This document shows, one piece after another, positions 13,321 to 25,581 of a stretch of 64,000 nucleotides of DNA. The DNA lies in assembly GCA_964016885.1 (NCBI GenBank), contig OZ024740.1, forward strand, positions 330,584,001 to 330,648,000. Reading direction: 5' to 3'. The notes beneath the pieces were generated by a model. That model was not told the DNA's origin, ran no database searches, and worked only from the letters and a program-made list of their open reading frames with translations. A program made the translations under genes and the position numbers. How positions within the stretch are numbered: the first letter of the stretch is position 1; every line of letters starts with the position of its first letter. This stretch comes from Eledone cirrhosa (taxonomy: Eukaryota).

Positions 13321-13462
13321 GGTGTATTATTAAACTATATGCAGGAGTATTAGTGCCTCAAATGTGCCCTTAAACATATGTGGGTATATCATCTCTAACT
13401 TATTGCACCAAATGCTCTTTTGTCTAGATGGAGAGGGAGTTAATTTTCACTATCTCTCTCTC

Positions 13463-13508
<46 letters not shown>

Positions 13509-13974
13509 GATTGTTTATCTACATTTGTTTATTGAAAAAAAGAAGTAAGTGACATAGTCACACATTTAAAGTAATAGCGCAAGGTCTTCAAAATGTTTTT
13601 TTAATTAAGCATACAGTATATTGCCAAATATACTATACATATATTCATGTATACATCGCTATTTCAGAGCACCAATCATAATTTTCAATTTTTGCTGCAC
13701 CAGCAATCGCTCTCTATAATCAGTTCCTGATTATTACTGGAATTCTATAAGAATCCAGCATCTATAGTTTTCAATAAACATCGACGAGTGCTAAGCTCTG
13801 ATAATCAGCAACAGTGTAAAACAGATCTGTCAGCTTATCTCCCTTTGTTTACTGAAAAAAGAAGTAAGTGACATTGTAGCTACTTTAAAATAATAGCGCA
13901 AGGTCTTCAAAATATTTTTAATTAAGCATACACTATATTGCCAAATATACTATATATATATATATTAATATATA

Positions 13975-14272
13975 GCAGCATGAAATATAAGCGAGTCTAT
14001 AATTCCTGCTTTTTCTGACGGTCCAATAAGTGTGTGGGTCATTTTAACGGCTTGATTCATTCACCGGGCAGAGGGTGATATATCTACATCTATACGGACT
14101 TATGTCTAGTAGATTTGGAAAAGCTATCTGAAGAGCTATATCTTTCTAGTGGAAATTCTCTGAATTTCTAATCTGTTGATAGGCGAAACCGTCGGTCATG
14201 GCACTAGAAGAGGTAAATATTTAAATCGTATTTTAATTCATTTAAAAGATTGTTTAATGTTTACTTGTTCCG

Positions 14273-14276
<4 letters not shown>
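13975..14276 (+). mobile_element. Family F HHR-bearing PLE terminal-like fragment in (TA)n
   Basis: Contains an HHR; diverged inverted relative at 42835-42957. Confidence 0.65.
14123..14202 (+). ncRNA. Type I hammerhead ribozyme with extended stem-loop II
   Basis: gctat CTGAAGA gctatatc...gataggc GAAA ccg t cgg TC atggc; stem I gctat/atggc; GUC triplet. Confidence 0.75.
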
Positions 14277-14342
<66 letters not shown>

Positions 14343-15226
14343 GAGAGAGTGAAAGATAACAATTTTGCAGCAAAATTAACTTCCTCTCCATCTAGACAAA
14401 ACAGCATTTAGTGCAATAACTTAGACCCACATATCTTTAAGGGCACATTTGAAGCACTAATACTCTTGCATATAGTAGATGCAAATTTTATCAAGGAAAA
14501 CTCGGATATTGTACTAAACCTTCAGATGAAACTACATCACGAGAACTATTATATACTAGGACATATTTGTGACCATTACCATATGTACAACTGACCTTCA
14601 GCTAAACCTATACAACCCCCTGCCTAAGTATGCTATATTAATAGATTATCACATTGAATATTCCATAGATTAATTCCTTTGACGTAGCAATTATAGTAGT
14701 TCAACATAAACCCATAATGCTTTCACAGTGTTTTCAATGTTTAAATACCAGTTGCTGGGTCGCTTACGGTATCTGAACGATCAGCCACAGTTGAATATCA
14801 ACATGAAATTGTGTCGGGCTTCGTAATATGAACTTCAAACTACGTGCTCAGTTTAATATCACAGTTATAATGTGGTCAAGGAAGCCATGACATATATTTA
14901 TGAGGAACAATATAAATTCTAAATGAAGAAGGTTACATTTCCGAATTTGATAAAAATCTGAGGAATTAATTTTATATAGGACATGAAATTTATCTTTAAG
15001 CAAAATCTAACATTTGTGCGAAGACTGTAAATGGATATAGAGCAGAACGCTTAAGATTAAGTTGCCGTAGAAAACAAGTAATATATATATGGTTATATAG
15101 ATAAAGAAAATAGCATTGTCATCACTGTTTATAGAGGTATTACTAGCAAGCTAACTTGCAACATATGTTTATAACAATACTCCTAAAGTACATGTAGAAA
15201 TAGATTACGTTCGAGGCATACAAACA

Positions 15227-15262
<36 letters not shown>

Positions 15263-15301
15263 ACACACGCACACACACACACACACATACACACACACAC
15301 A

Positions 15302-15360
<59 letters not shown>

Positions 15361-15980
15361 ACACACACATACACACACACACACACACTCACACACACAC
15401 ACACACACACACATATGTGTTTATATATATATATATATTGTTTCTGTTTTTCAAGGCCTCTCATGTGAAACGAGTGCTGAATCAGATACTTGTATACTTT
15501 GAGAAAGTCAGGCTGCCAATAAAGTATAGCAGGCTTAAGTTATCAAATGGTTTTCAAGCAGTTCCTGATTGATAACTTGATTCCACTCACAAAACGCCCA
15601 CAACATTCATATGTATAGTTTAGCTTGTTCAGAATATTGCTTAATTACTCGGTGTAATACCAGTATGACCGATTTATGCTACGAATGAGAGAATATATCA
15701 TGGTTAAAACGACGAAATTTCGTTTTGAAGGTATTAGCTATCATCGATATTTACGTACGTTTTGCAGATGATAGGTTCAATCTACGCATGAATATGATGG
15801 ACTTGCGAATCGCTCTAACATCAATCACTACAACTTGTGAACAGATCTATAGTGGGGTCATGATTATCACATACATGGCTATATATAGCCACATATATAT
15901 ATATGTATATACACATATATATAGAGAGAGAGATAAAATAACAGGAGGTTGGACTGGTGTAAATCCTTGAAAGGTTTATT

Positions 15981-16038
15981 ATACTATGATCATTTCAATG
16001 ACCGGGTTCCATATGAATTCGGTGATATCATCAGGTAT
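15981..16038 (-). ncRNA. Type I hammerhead ribozyme (family G, left arm)
   Basis: Reverse complement reads atac CTGATGA tatcaccg...cggtcatt GAAA tgatca TA gtat. Confidence 0.78.
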
Positions 16039-16404
16039 TCGAAATATAACAAAGGAATATTTAAAAACCATGGGTCCGAAAAATCAGAGACAGAGAGAAC
16101 GACTGACCAACTAGCTGCTTTCACCGCGGCCAGTCGCCCTCAAAGTGGTGGCAACTTGGTCTGCTAATGACCATCTGGTGAGGAGGCGAAGGCTTATAAT
16201 GTACTACCACTCACCGCCAACGAATAAAAAAGGGGAAGAAAGAAAGAAAGAAAGAAGAAAAAAGAAAGAAGTCAGCGTAAGGGACACACTACAGTCATGC
16301 TAGAAAACGCCGCGAAAAAAGTTATACCAAAGAATCTATATTTTAACAAAGGCATATATAATGGGTGAATGTATGGTCTAATGTGTGAATAGAAAATTGG
16401 AACG

Positions 16405-16827
16405 TTAAGATATCAAGGTGGGATATAGAGTAAAGATTAAAGCCTTCGATTGTGAATCCCAGCCAGCACCTCCTAACCACGTATCAGCCAGTTTCGAGTG
16501 GCATCGTCCAACGAAAGAAATGGAAATTAATGTTTCCGAGTACTCTAAGAACGTAGCTACCTTAGGCCCCGGGTGCGTAAGCGGGAAGTCTACAATTCCG
16601 GACACTCGAAAAGTTCAGCCTTCCTTGAGTGTTTTGGAAAAATAAATTTCCCCTCTTTCGGTAAACGAAATTACTCGGAGCGTCTTGCTTTTCTCCGGGC
16701 CCGCCGCGCCGCTTGTTTTGACCGCCATATTATACTTATACCTATAAACTCTAGGCTTAGGCATAACTGTTAGCTGTATCATACCTCTACTGGCACGTAA
16801 ATAAACCCCTCATGTGTGAATTAATAG
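16405..16827 (-). pseudogene. Orphan reading frame (about 140 codons, two in-frame TGA) inside family G
   Basis: One frame reads ILLIHT*GVYLRASRGMIQLTVMPKPRVYRYKYNMAVKTSGAAGPEKSKTLRVISFTERGEIYFSKTLKEG*TFRVSGIVDFPLTHPGPKVATF...TLYPTLIS*; the C-terminal part is open in the second arm with a synonymous bias. Confidence 0.45.
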
Positions 16828-17545
16828 TATTGTAGACCTCCCGCTAGCGCACCCGGGGCCTAAGGTAGCTACGTTCCTAGAGTACTTGGAAAAATTAATT
16901 TCCATTTCTTTTACTGGAAGATACCACTCGAAACTGGCTGACACGTGGTTAGGTGGTGCTGGCTGGGATTCACAATCGAAGGCTTTAATCTTTACTCTAT
17001 ATCCCACCCTGATATCTTATCGAGATTAACTTTTTCATATAAGAACTCTCTCTGTAAGTTCATTAAAAACATTTTCTAATAATTTTTTAATTTTTTTATT
17101 TATTAATTTTTTTATTTTTTCAATTTATTAATTTTTAACTTAATTTCAACCGATAACTCGTAACATAAGTTTAACCTTCCAATTTTCTATTCACACATTA
17201 GACCATACATTCACCCATTGTATATGCCTTTGTTAAAATATAGATTCTTTGGAATAACATTTTTCGCGGCGTTTTCTAGCATGACTGTAGTATGCCTCTT
17301 ACGCTGACTTCTTTCTTTTTTCTTCTTTCTTTCTTTCTTTCTTTCTTCCCCTGTTTTATTCTTTGACGGAGAGGTGGTAGTACATTATAAGTCTTCGCTC
17401 CCTCACCAGATGATCATTAGCAGACCGAGTTGCCACCACATTGAGGGCGACTGGCCGAGGTGAAAACAGCTACTTGGTCAGTCGTTCTCTCTGTCTCTGA
17501 TTTTTCGGACCCATGATTTTTACATATTCCTTTGTTATATTTCGA

Positions 17546-17603
17546 ATACCTGATGATATCACCGGATTCATATGGAACCCGGTCATTGAAATGATCATAG
17601 TAT
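17546..17603 (+). ncRNA. Type I hammerhead ribozyme (family G, right arm)
   Basis: atac CTGATGA tatcaccgg...cccggtcatt GAAA tgatca TA gtat; palindromic stem III atgatcat. Confidence 0.8.
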
Positions 17604-17795
17604 AATAAACCTTTCAAGAATTTACACCAGTCCAGCCTCTTGTTATTTTATCTATAATTAACTCCGTATTCACACCACCAACTACACAAACGAAGACGGG
17701 TGAACTTCACTACGTTGAGTACACTCCACAATATTACACTAGGATTGACCATACGGAATGACCAATTCTATCCAGTGGTGAACCAACAAACCTAA

Positions 17796-17880
<85 letters not shown>

Positions 17881-17882
17881 AT

Positions 17883-18425
17883 TTTGACCTGTCATTGTAA
17901 GATAGATTAGGCCGAGTACTACTAACTCATAAATTTCTTTCACTACAATCTCGTATTTAGTATCCCGCCCCACCTATGAAAATGAAACTTTTCTATAGTT
18001 TAGCAGTACCAGTGAGAGGTTTGAAGTTTGTGGTAGGGGAATAGTAACCAGAAATTGTGTTTTCTTATTTTTCTATATAGATTTACTCCATATAGATCTA
18101 CTTTTTGTTTCGACTCCCCCCCCCCTCTTGACCTCTTATCATTAGGAATCTGCTGTAGTCGTCACTTTCAACGCACGACTGGGTTTCCTCCACTCCCTCT
18201 CCCTCGTTTTTCTACTGGCAAGTTCAGCTACCCCTTCCCTCCACAAAATGCCATGATAGAATTATGTGTCTCAACAACAAACTTTTGACCAATCCTTGTG
18301 ACAATAACTTTTACCATATAAGGAATATTACCCCCTGAGAAGCTCGGCTATTCATTTACCAGGATTTACCAGAATTAGTGGTCGAAACGGCTTGAGCTCA
18401 GCCGTCGGGGTCTTACTCGTTCCTA
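17883..18425 (+). mobile_element. Longest family A copy (PLE 3' UTR/pLTR-like), short-end type
   Basis: Ends CCAGAATTAGTGGTCGAAACGGCTTGAGCTCAGCCGTCGGGGTCTTACTCGTTCCTA like the other family A arms; (TA)n on both sides. Confidence 0.75.
18330..18411 (+). ncRNA. Type I hammerhead ribozyme, core slightly degenerate (family A)
   Basis: acccc CTGAGAA ... GAAA cggct tgagctc agccg TC ggggt; stems I and III intact, CUGANGA core one change from canonical. Confidence 0.65.
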
Positions 18426-18461
18426 TATATATCTATATATATATATATACATATGCATATA

Positions 18462-18518
<57 letters not shown>

Positions 18519-18578
18519 AAAAAGAAAACAATCATGAAACACACATACACTCATATACATATACATATAAATATATAC

Positions 18579-18627
<49 letters not shown>

Positions 18628-18632
<5 letters not shown>

Positions 18633-21597
18633 GGAAGCAGAAAATTGCTTATTGTGATCCAGTTCGTGGTTAAGAAAGCCAGTTTCATGGATGGTTCCAA
18701 CGTACTGTTCGGTGTAACTCCACAAGTTTGTAAGAATTCCATTCAATCTTGGAGTATAAAGTATAAAAGAGAAAACACAGGTAAGCATTAAGAGAAGGAT
18801 TTTATTCAGATATGTACGACCGTTTCATTGGTAAGTGCAACCTTATATTGCTATACTGCAAATAGCACCCACTCAATTATAATTGTTGTTCACGCCCAAA
18901 TTTTCAAAATAGTGAGTAAGTTACTCTTGAAATAGTTCTTAATATATAGAGAAAAACATATTTTGGAATTGTATTTACTAGTATAGAGAGAGAGGAAGCG
19001 GAATTAGAAGGTGAGGGGACAAAGGGGAAGGGGGGAGAATAGTTAGGAGGTAGAGTGACAAACTGAGAGGGAGGGGGAGGTAGAAGTGGAAGGATTCCTT
19101 GATCAGTTTTGACATGTGGACTTCATGTCGTGGAATGTAGTGAGTTAAAGAGAATTAAATTGATCATAGTGGGAGGGATGGATAGAGAGAGAGGGAGGGG
19201 GGGGGGGGGTGATATAAAGAGATAAATATATATCTAAAAAATAAAGATAAAGATAATAATGACAAAAATAAAAGCAAAGAAGTGGGGAGAAAGAAGAAAA
19301 GAAAAGATAGCCAAAAAGGGGATGGAAGGAAGGAAGAAAAGGAAGAAATAGACGAGGAATGAAGGAGAAGGGAGGGATATAGTTAGTGGTTTTTGTGGGT
19401 AATTAAAATGGTTTAGATACAATAAGAGGGTATAAAGTCTAAGTATATGCAGTTTGTCAGTTGGTAGTAAGATTTTAAGGGTTCGATTTGCACTTGTATT
19501 TTGAAAACCTTTCTTTGAGTCTATTGTGACAATTTTTCGATTTTATTGTTGAGTAACTTATTCTTCGAACTCAAAATTTGTAACAGCTCAAGGTCACATA
19601 ATCGACAGCTTCTCGTACCACTCCGATATGTGGGCGCGTTCGATAATGTTTTCCACTTCAGGGTGTATTGATGGTTACTTTCGCTCAGTTGCCAGGTCTT
19701 GTTTTCAAGTGTAGTTACATAACGATGCTGGGAATGTTTCATTACGTAACGGTGTGTATACCAACGGGCTTTAAATGTATTCCCAGTTCCTCCGATGTAA
19801 TACCATTTCTGGTTGTCTGATTCCACTGTGCATTGGTAAACCAGGTTAGACTGCACACATTCATTATGTAATGGACAGGTTTCAGGTAGGTGGCAGTTAC
19901 AATTCTTGTCATGGGCAACTTTGGCATTATTGGTGGGTTGCGATGCCTGTACAAGTGTGTTACGTTTTGTTTGCCTATTAGTGGGTGGTTGTGTATTCGA
20001 TATTATGTTGTTTTCAATGGTGATTGTATTGTTATTGTTGTAAATTTGTGTTCTGCTGTTGTTATGTATCTTTTTAGCGTTAAGCATTTTAATGCGTGCC
20101 TCTATATTTGATGCGTGGAGAAAGATAGTCTAATAGATTTAGTGTTAAGGGTTTTGCAGTATCTATGTGAATCTGGAAAGTGCTTATTTATTATTCTAAA
20201 GAAGGTAGAGGGTAGGTTAATAATAATAGAGGTGTTAAATATAGGGTTATACCAAATATATTTTCTACTGCGTGACTTGTTTGATTTCGATGTTGTATTT
20301 CTATTTACCGTATACTTTGTAGTTCTATGCGTAAGTGCGTGTGTGCGTGTGTTTCTGGAGTTTGTGTTATGCCTATTCGTGTGTGCTTTGCGGAGGCTTT
20401 CATATATATATATTCTACTCTATCTAAGTGGCCTGCCTTGTTGAATGCGGTATTTTAGTATTCTGTATGTTCCTCGAAGATTTGTCGGTTAGACGAGAGG
20501 CGGGAGATCCTAAGGGATATGCTGCGTGGAATGGATTAAATTATGGATAGTGGGTGGTTTGAGTTACATTTGATGTATGCTAAGTTTTCATTAATCTTGT
20601 GAAAAGGTCTCATAAATCCCGTATTTAGGTTAAGCGTCGCGTCTAGAAAGTTAACTGTTTTAGTGCTATACTCATATGTTATGCTAAGGCTTAGTTTTCC
20701 GAGAGTCTTTCTAATATTCTTACGGAGTCTTTCTATGCTCTGGTTATTTAGGTTCTTAACTAGGAGAAGGGCGTGGTCCCTGTAGATTCCACCGTCAAGG
20801 TCGCTAACCTCACTCTGTAAACTATTGGCTATGTAAATACCTACTAAATCTGTGACTTGAGCCGAGTCGTTATCCCCCATCGTGATGTCAAAGTTATTTA
20901 ATCTATACTCACGTTCCCAATAGGCGTTTTCAAATTTAATTATTGTTTTCCTAGCAGCTAATATGATTTTTATCTCGTCGTCTGTTAGGTCAGAATTGGC
21001 TTTGGCGAATGCTATGTCTTTATCCAAGGTGTTGGGAGATATAGAGGTGTAATAGTCGTTAATGTCAAATTGTATAAATTTAAATACTTTTTTGTTAGCT
21101 ATATTGTTAAACCACTTAATTTCTTTATATCTCTCCCCTCTCTCTCTATCTCTCTCTCTCTATCCATCCCTCCCACTATGATCAATTTAATTCTCTTTGA
21201 CTCACTACATTCCACGACATGAAGTTCACATATCAAAACTGATCAAGAAATCCTTCCACTTCTACCTCTCCCTCCATCTCAGTTTGTCACTCTACTTCCT
21301 AACTATTCTCCCCCTTCCCCTCTCTCTCTATACTATTACCTTTGTCCCCTCACCTTCTAATTTCTCTTCCTCTCTCTCTATACTAGTAAATACAATTTAA
21401 AAAAAATGTTTTTCTCTATATATTAAGAACTATTTCAAGAGTAACTCACTCACTATTTTGAAAATGTGGACGTGAACAACAATTATAATTGAGTGGCTGC
21501 TATTTGCAGTATAGCAATATAAGGTTGCACTTACCAATGAAATGGTCGTAAATACCTGGATAAAATCCTTCTCTTAATGCTTACCTGTGTTTTCTAT
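18628..21597 (-). mobile_element. Penelope-like element, 5'-truncated, with inverted pLTR (21122-21597 mirrors 18770-19220) and ~140 nt tail (18628-18769)
   Basis: RT remnants FDITMG.NDSAQVTDLVGIY, GGIYRDH, NFLDATLNL, SNHP; C-terminal GIY-YIG CNC..PETCPL...C.QSNLVYQC...YYIGGTGNTFKARWYTH. Confidence 0.92.
19521..21120 (-). pseudogene. Disrupted PLE RT plus GIY-YIG endonuclease ORF
   Basis: ORF-track pieces 20536..21027 (RT) and 19521..20087 (endonuclease), separated by frameshifts or stops. Confidence 0.88.
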
Positions 21598-21767
<170 letters not shown>

Positions 21768-21779
21768 TATATATATATT

Positions 21780-21826
21780 GTCCCACGCTTGCAAGCAGGG
21801 AAGAGCGGACGTAAAATGATGATGAT
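21780..21826 (+). mobile_element. Extreme 3' end of the RTE LINE found at 58064-61350
   Basis: GTCCCACGCTTGCAAGCAGGGAAGAGCGGACGTAAAATGATGATGAT differs by one base from 61291-61337. Confidence 0.9.
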
Positions 21827-22209
21827 AAATATATATATATGATCTGATAAGAGGTAAAAACTGTATTTAAGGTCGAGTGACGCAACTTCAAGTGTTTAGT
21901 GGCCTTTAGAATCACTTTATCAATGAAACAATTGTTAATACTTGAAATAAAGCCCCTTGTTGTACAGCCGACCATGTTATTCTTCAATATTTCACTATTA
22001 TTACTCAAAGTATAATCTGCATAGGAATTCTCGCGAACTCGCTACATGATTATGGAAACATCTTGTTGCGTCAAACAATGCCCTACGTTAAAACTATCCA
22101 TAATACAGAGTACTCACAACCTTTAACTGGATTACTTATAACGATCACTTTTATCCTATATACCCGGCTCCCACTAGGTTGAGCAACAACCTTAACGCAC
22201 AGCACTAAC

Positions 22210-24572
22210 ATGGAAAAGCAACACATATGCATGTCCTTAACAAACATACCTATACCTACAAACAAGGACTATATACTCGTCACGATACAGCGTACTAATG
22301 ATTTCATCCGTCGAATCCGATGGAAGGCATATCATTACGATATAGGACACGCTAATAACACAGATATTTACTAGGGAAAAATACGGATTCACATCCTGCA
22401 AGAATCCACCGAATAACCCCTAGCTTGATGCCTTCGAACTCGACCTCATGAACATGATACGTGGAACCAAATTAAAAAACGTACGGATTACAACAAACTG
22501 AAAAACGACATCAATGCACTACTGAAGAAACTACGCAATACCAACGGTATTATAGTAAAAGCGGACAAATCCATCAGCCTTAACACATACAATAACTTTA
22601 TACGCCGTGAACTACACGAAATATACAAGAAAACTACATAATCTACACTCACTAGCATTAATATGGACGGACTCAGCATAGTAATAAAACTGAAGATATC
22701 TGATATAACAGAGCCTCTAACCCCTTGTAACCTCACGTTTAACCTAAAGGATCATAAAAATAATTTCGAAACAGACCCCACGATTAGATTAATATGGCCA
22801 TCGAAGTCGGATATAGGTAGAATTAGCAAGTATATACTAAGCAGTGTAATGAACCAAATCAAGGATAAACTAGTAATTAAGATATGGGGTAACACTAACA
22901 AAGCAATAGACTGGTTCAGCAAAATAGACGGTAGGGAAACATCCAACTTCGTACAGTTTGACATTAACGACTTCTAATCCTCCATCTCCCCAATCACCCT
23001 CGATACAGCGCTAGCCTTTGCCTAGAAAAACTCGGTTTACCTCTGATGAAATTAGAATAATACTAGTTGCTAGGAAACTATCATTAGATACGAAAATAGT
23101 TACTGGAAACGAAAAAACAGACAGAATAGCTTCGATATCACAATGGGATCTAGCGACTCAGCTCAGGTAACAGACATAGTTGGAATATATATAGCGCATA
23201 ACTTACATAAGGAATTTAATAACGTCCAAGGAGGAATTTATAGAGACGACACACTCCTTTTAGCTAAGAACCAAAATAATCAAAACATGGAAAAATTACG
23301 GAAAAACATCAGAGTCTTCTTCAACAAACTAGGCCTAGGTATCATTTTCGATCTTAACTCTAAAAAAGCAAACTTCTTAGATGTAACACTCAACCTAAAC
23401 ACAGGATTAATAGAGTCCTTCCATAAAAATAACGAGAATATAGCCTACATTAGTTATAACTCAAACCACCCTCGATCGATAATTAACTCCATAGCACATA
23501 GTATATCCCTCAGAATCTTCTAACCTAGAGATGTTTAACGAACACGCAAACCACTATAGCATAGCTTTACACAGGGCAGGCCATAAGGAGGGGCTCAAAT
23601 ACATACCAGATACTGACAGCAACAACAAACCTAACGACAGTAACACTACCCACACCTATAGAAATAACAAACATAGAAATAGACATAGAAATATACAACC
23701 AGCACCAGAAATAACTGAACCGAATACTAATATAGGGACCCGTAGGAATTATAGAAAATCTAGGAATAGGAAATACTTATGATTCAATCCAATATTCAAC
23801 TCCTCTATAAATACAAACTACCTTCTACATTGTTTAACCTAATTGACAAACACTTCTCTAAACTACACAAATACCATAGAATATTTAACTGAAAAACTAT
23901 CAAGTTCTCTTACACTCCTACAGCCAGCATAGAATCACACATACGTAAAATCAACTACAAAAGAATCTCTAAAGAAAATAACCAACATACACCATAGCAC
24001 CAAATACAAAACGCAAACGCATAACATCATCACAAACACACACACATCAGGGCGCATCACAACAAAACATAATAAGCCTAAATCTCAGCCCATCCATAAC
24101 AACATACAAAACCGCAACGGAGAACCTGCACACAGGAAGGCCTCCAACTGTAAATGCCACCTGCCAGATAAATGCCCACTACAAAATAGATGCCTGGAAT
24201 GAAGTATGGTGTACCTGTGTACCATAAATTCGGCAACTTAACATGGCACTACATAGGTTCCACGGCTGGGGAATTTTAAAAAAGATGGTACGTTCACAGA
24301 CACTCTATGAAGAACCGTAGGCTAGGGAACTCAACAACGCTGGCCATTAAATATGGCAGCTTAAGGACACAAACCAGGAATATAGGATTAGCTGGTCGAA
24401 ATTATCGGGAGCAAGGGCCTAAAACAATGGTATGTCCCACTGCAGACTTTGCAATATGGAGCTATTCCATATTTTTAAGTATGATAAGATGCTGCTTAAC
24501 AGCAAAATAGAAAGATCAATTTTCTGTAGGCACAAAGCAGCTACCAAGTTCACACATTTCAAACCAACATGA
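22210..24572 (+). pseudogene. Disrupted PLE ORF (N-terminus, RT, GIY-YIG)
   Basis: MEKQHICMSLTNIPIPTNKDY...FIRRIRWKAY; LKDHKNNF...RLI.PSKSDIGRISK; QFDINDF; MGSSDSAQVTDIVG; GGIYRDD; NFLDVTLNL; NCKCHLPDKCPL; multiple stops and frameshifts. Confidence 0.88.
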
Positions 24573-25183
24573 TTCGATCCAGCAATCTCAAAATTCGAGC
24601 TGAACCACCCGGATTTGAATGTAATGAATACATACCAATACATACCACCCCACTATTATTAGCTGTCAACTGACCGACTGGTCACTAGATCATAAATCTC
24701 CTAACCTTTCTTTCACTCTCTCTCCCTGAAGCCACATCAACCCCATTAAGATAAGACAATCAGCATGCTAAACATTTACCACACACACATATTAAAATCC
24801 TCCTTCCCCGTACCTAACCCTATCCCTTATGTTTCATCCTCGTATCTCTCACTTAATTTTTGATTTATTAGTTTTTATTTTTTTATGTGTCATTTGTTAC
24901 TACCTCTTATTCTCTACTTCTTTCTAACCCTCTGAGATTTGACCAACACGTATGTATGCATGTACCTAATATTGATCTTCATGTTAATATTACCTCACAT
25001 CTTTATATATACACTTACTCACTCCCACCACTATTATCAGCTATCGTATTCTGTAATGACATTTTTTTACTTATTTTTTTTTTACTTTTTACATCTGTAA
25101 CTGCTTTACCTCTTTATCATTATATTTTATTATTGATTCTACGCTGTATCTTTATATACGATTGCCATATGTGGAATCTCTAA

Positions 25184-25292
25184 TATTCCGATGATTTGAT
25201 CAGAGGTAAACACTGTATTTAAGGTCGAGTGACGCAACTTCATGTGATTAGCAAGCTTTAAACTAACCTGATCAATGAAACAATTGTTAACA
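25184..25292 (+). ncRNA. Degenerate type I hammerhead with long stem-loop II in the 3' pLTR
   Basis: tatt CCGATGA tttgatcag...ctgatcaat GAAA caattg TT aaca (aata in the 5' pLTR copy); core U4 changed to C. Confidence 0.55.
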
Positions 25293-25327
25293 CTTGAAAT
25301 AAACACCTTGTTATTCTTCAGTCTTTC

Positions 25328-25388
<61 letters not shown>

Positions 25389-25536
25389 ATACTTTGGGAG
25401 GGTCATGTTGCCAATAAGAAACACACGCACCAGTTTCTTTCACTTCAATTTATTATAATCATTTTATAATAAATTTATAAATTTATAAATTTCTGGTTGG
25501 TTGGTTGGTTCCACAACCAGATAGTTGTTTATATAT

Positions 25537-25581
25537 AGTCATAGTTATTTCGTCACACACTCTGTGACCTCTTCAGTGACT
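25537..25581 (-). ncRNA. Type I minimal hammerhead ribozyme
   Basis: Reverse complement reads agtca CTGAAGA ggtcac agagtgt gtgac GAAA taac TA tgact. Confidence 0.78.

Larger units (their letters stand above)
13334..14476. repeat. Inverted repeat (13334-13464 / 14339-14476) enclosing later inserts, including a ~115 bp direct repeat (13524 and 13844)
   Basis: ACTATATGCAGGAGTATTAGTGCC...TCTAGATGGAGAGG is mirrored by CCTCTCCATCTAGA...GCACTAATACTCTTGCATATAGT. Confidence 0.8.
15928..17797. mobile_element. Family G bipolar PLE-like insertion: left arm 15928-16827 (-), right arm 16828-17797 (+), with ~145 nt tail
   Basis: 15928-16407 mirrors 17170-17653; 16408-16596 mirrors 16829-17018; HHR in both arms; microsatellite flanks. 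Confidence 0.8.
21843..25330 (+). mobile_element. Near full-length Penelope-like element with direct pLTRs (21843-21999 and 25196-25330)
   Basis: Shared AGAGGTAAA.ACTGTATTTAAGGTCGAGTGACGCAACTTCA...ATCAATGAAACAATTGTTAA at both ends; degenerate RT-EN ORF between; related to the 18628 element. Confidence 0.92.

Noticed and set aside
16418-16645. Plus-strand ORF with cadherin-like YRVKIKAFD
   Set aside because: No other cadherin motifs (DRE, DXNDN), and substitutions between the arms favour the opposite strand as coding
16700-16827. NUMT or 12S rRNA explanation for the TGA-containing frame
   Set aside because: No recognisable mitochondrial protein or convincing rRNA match, and it lies inside an HHR-bearing repeat
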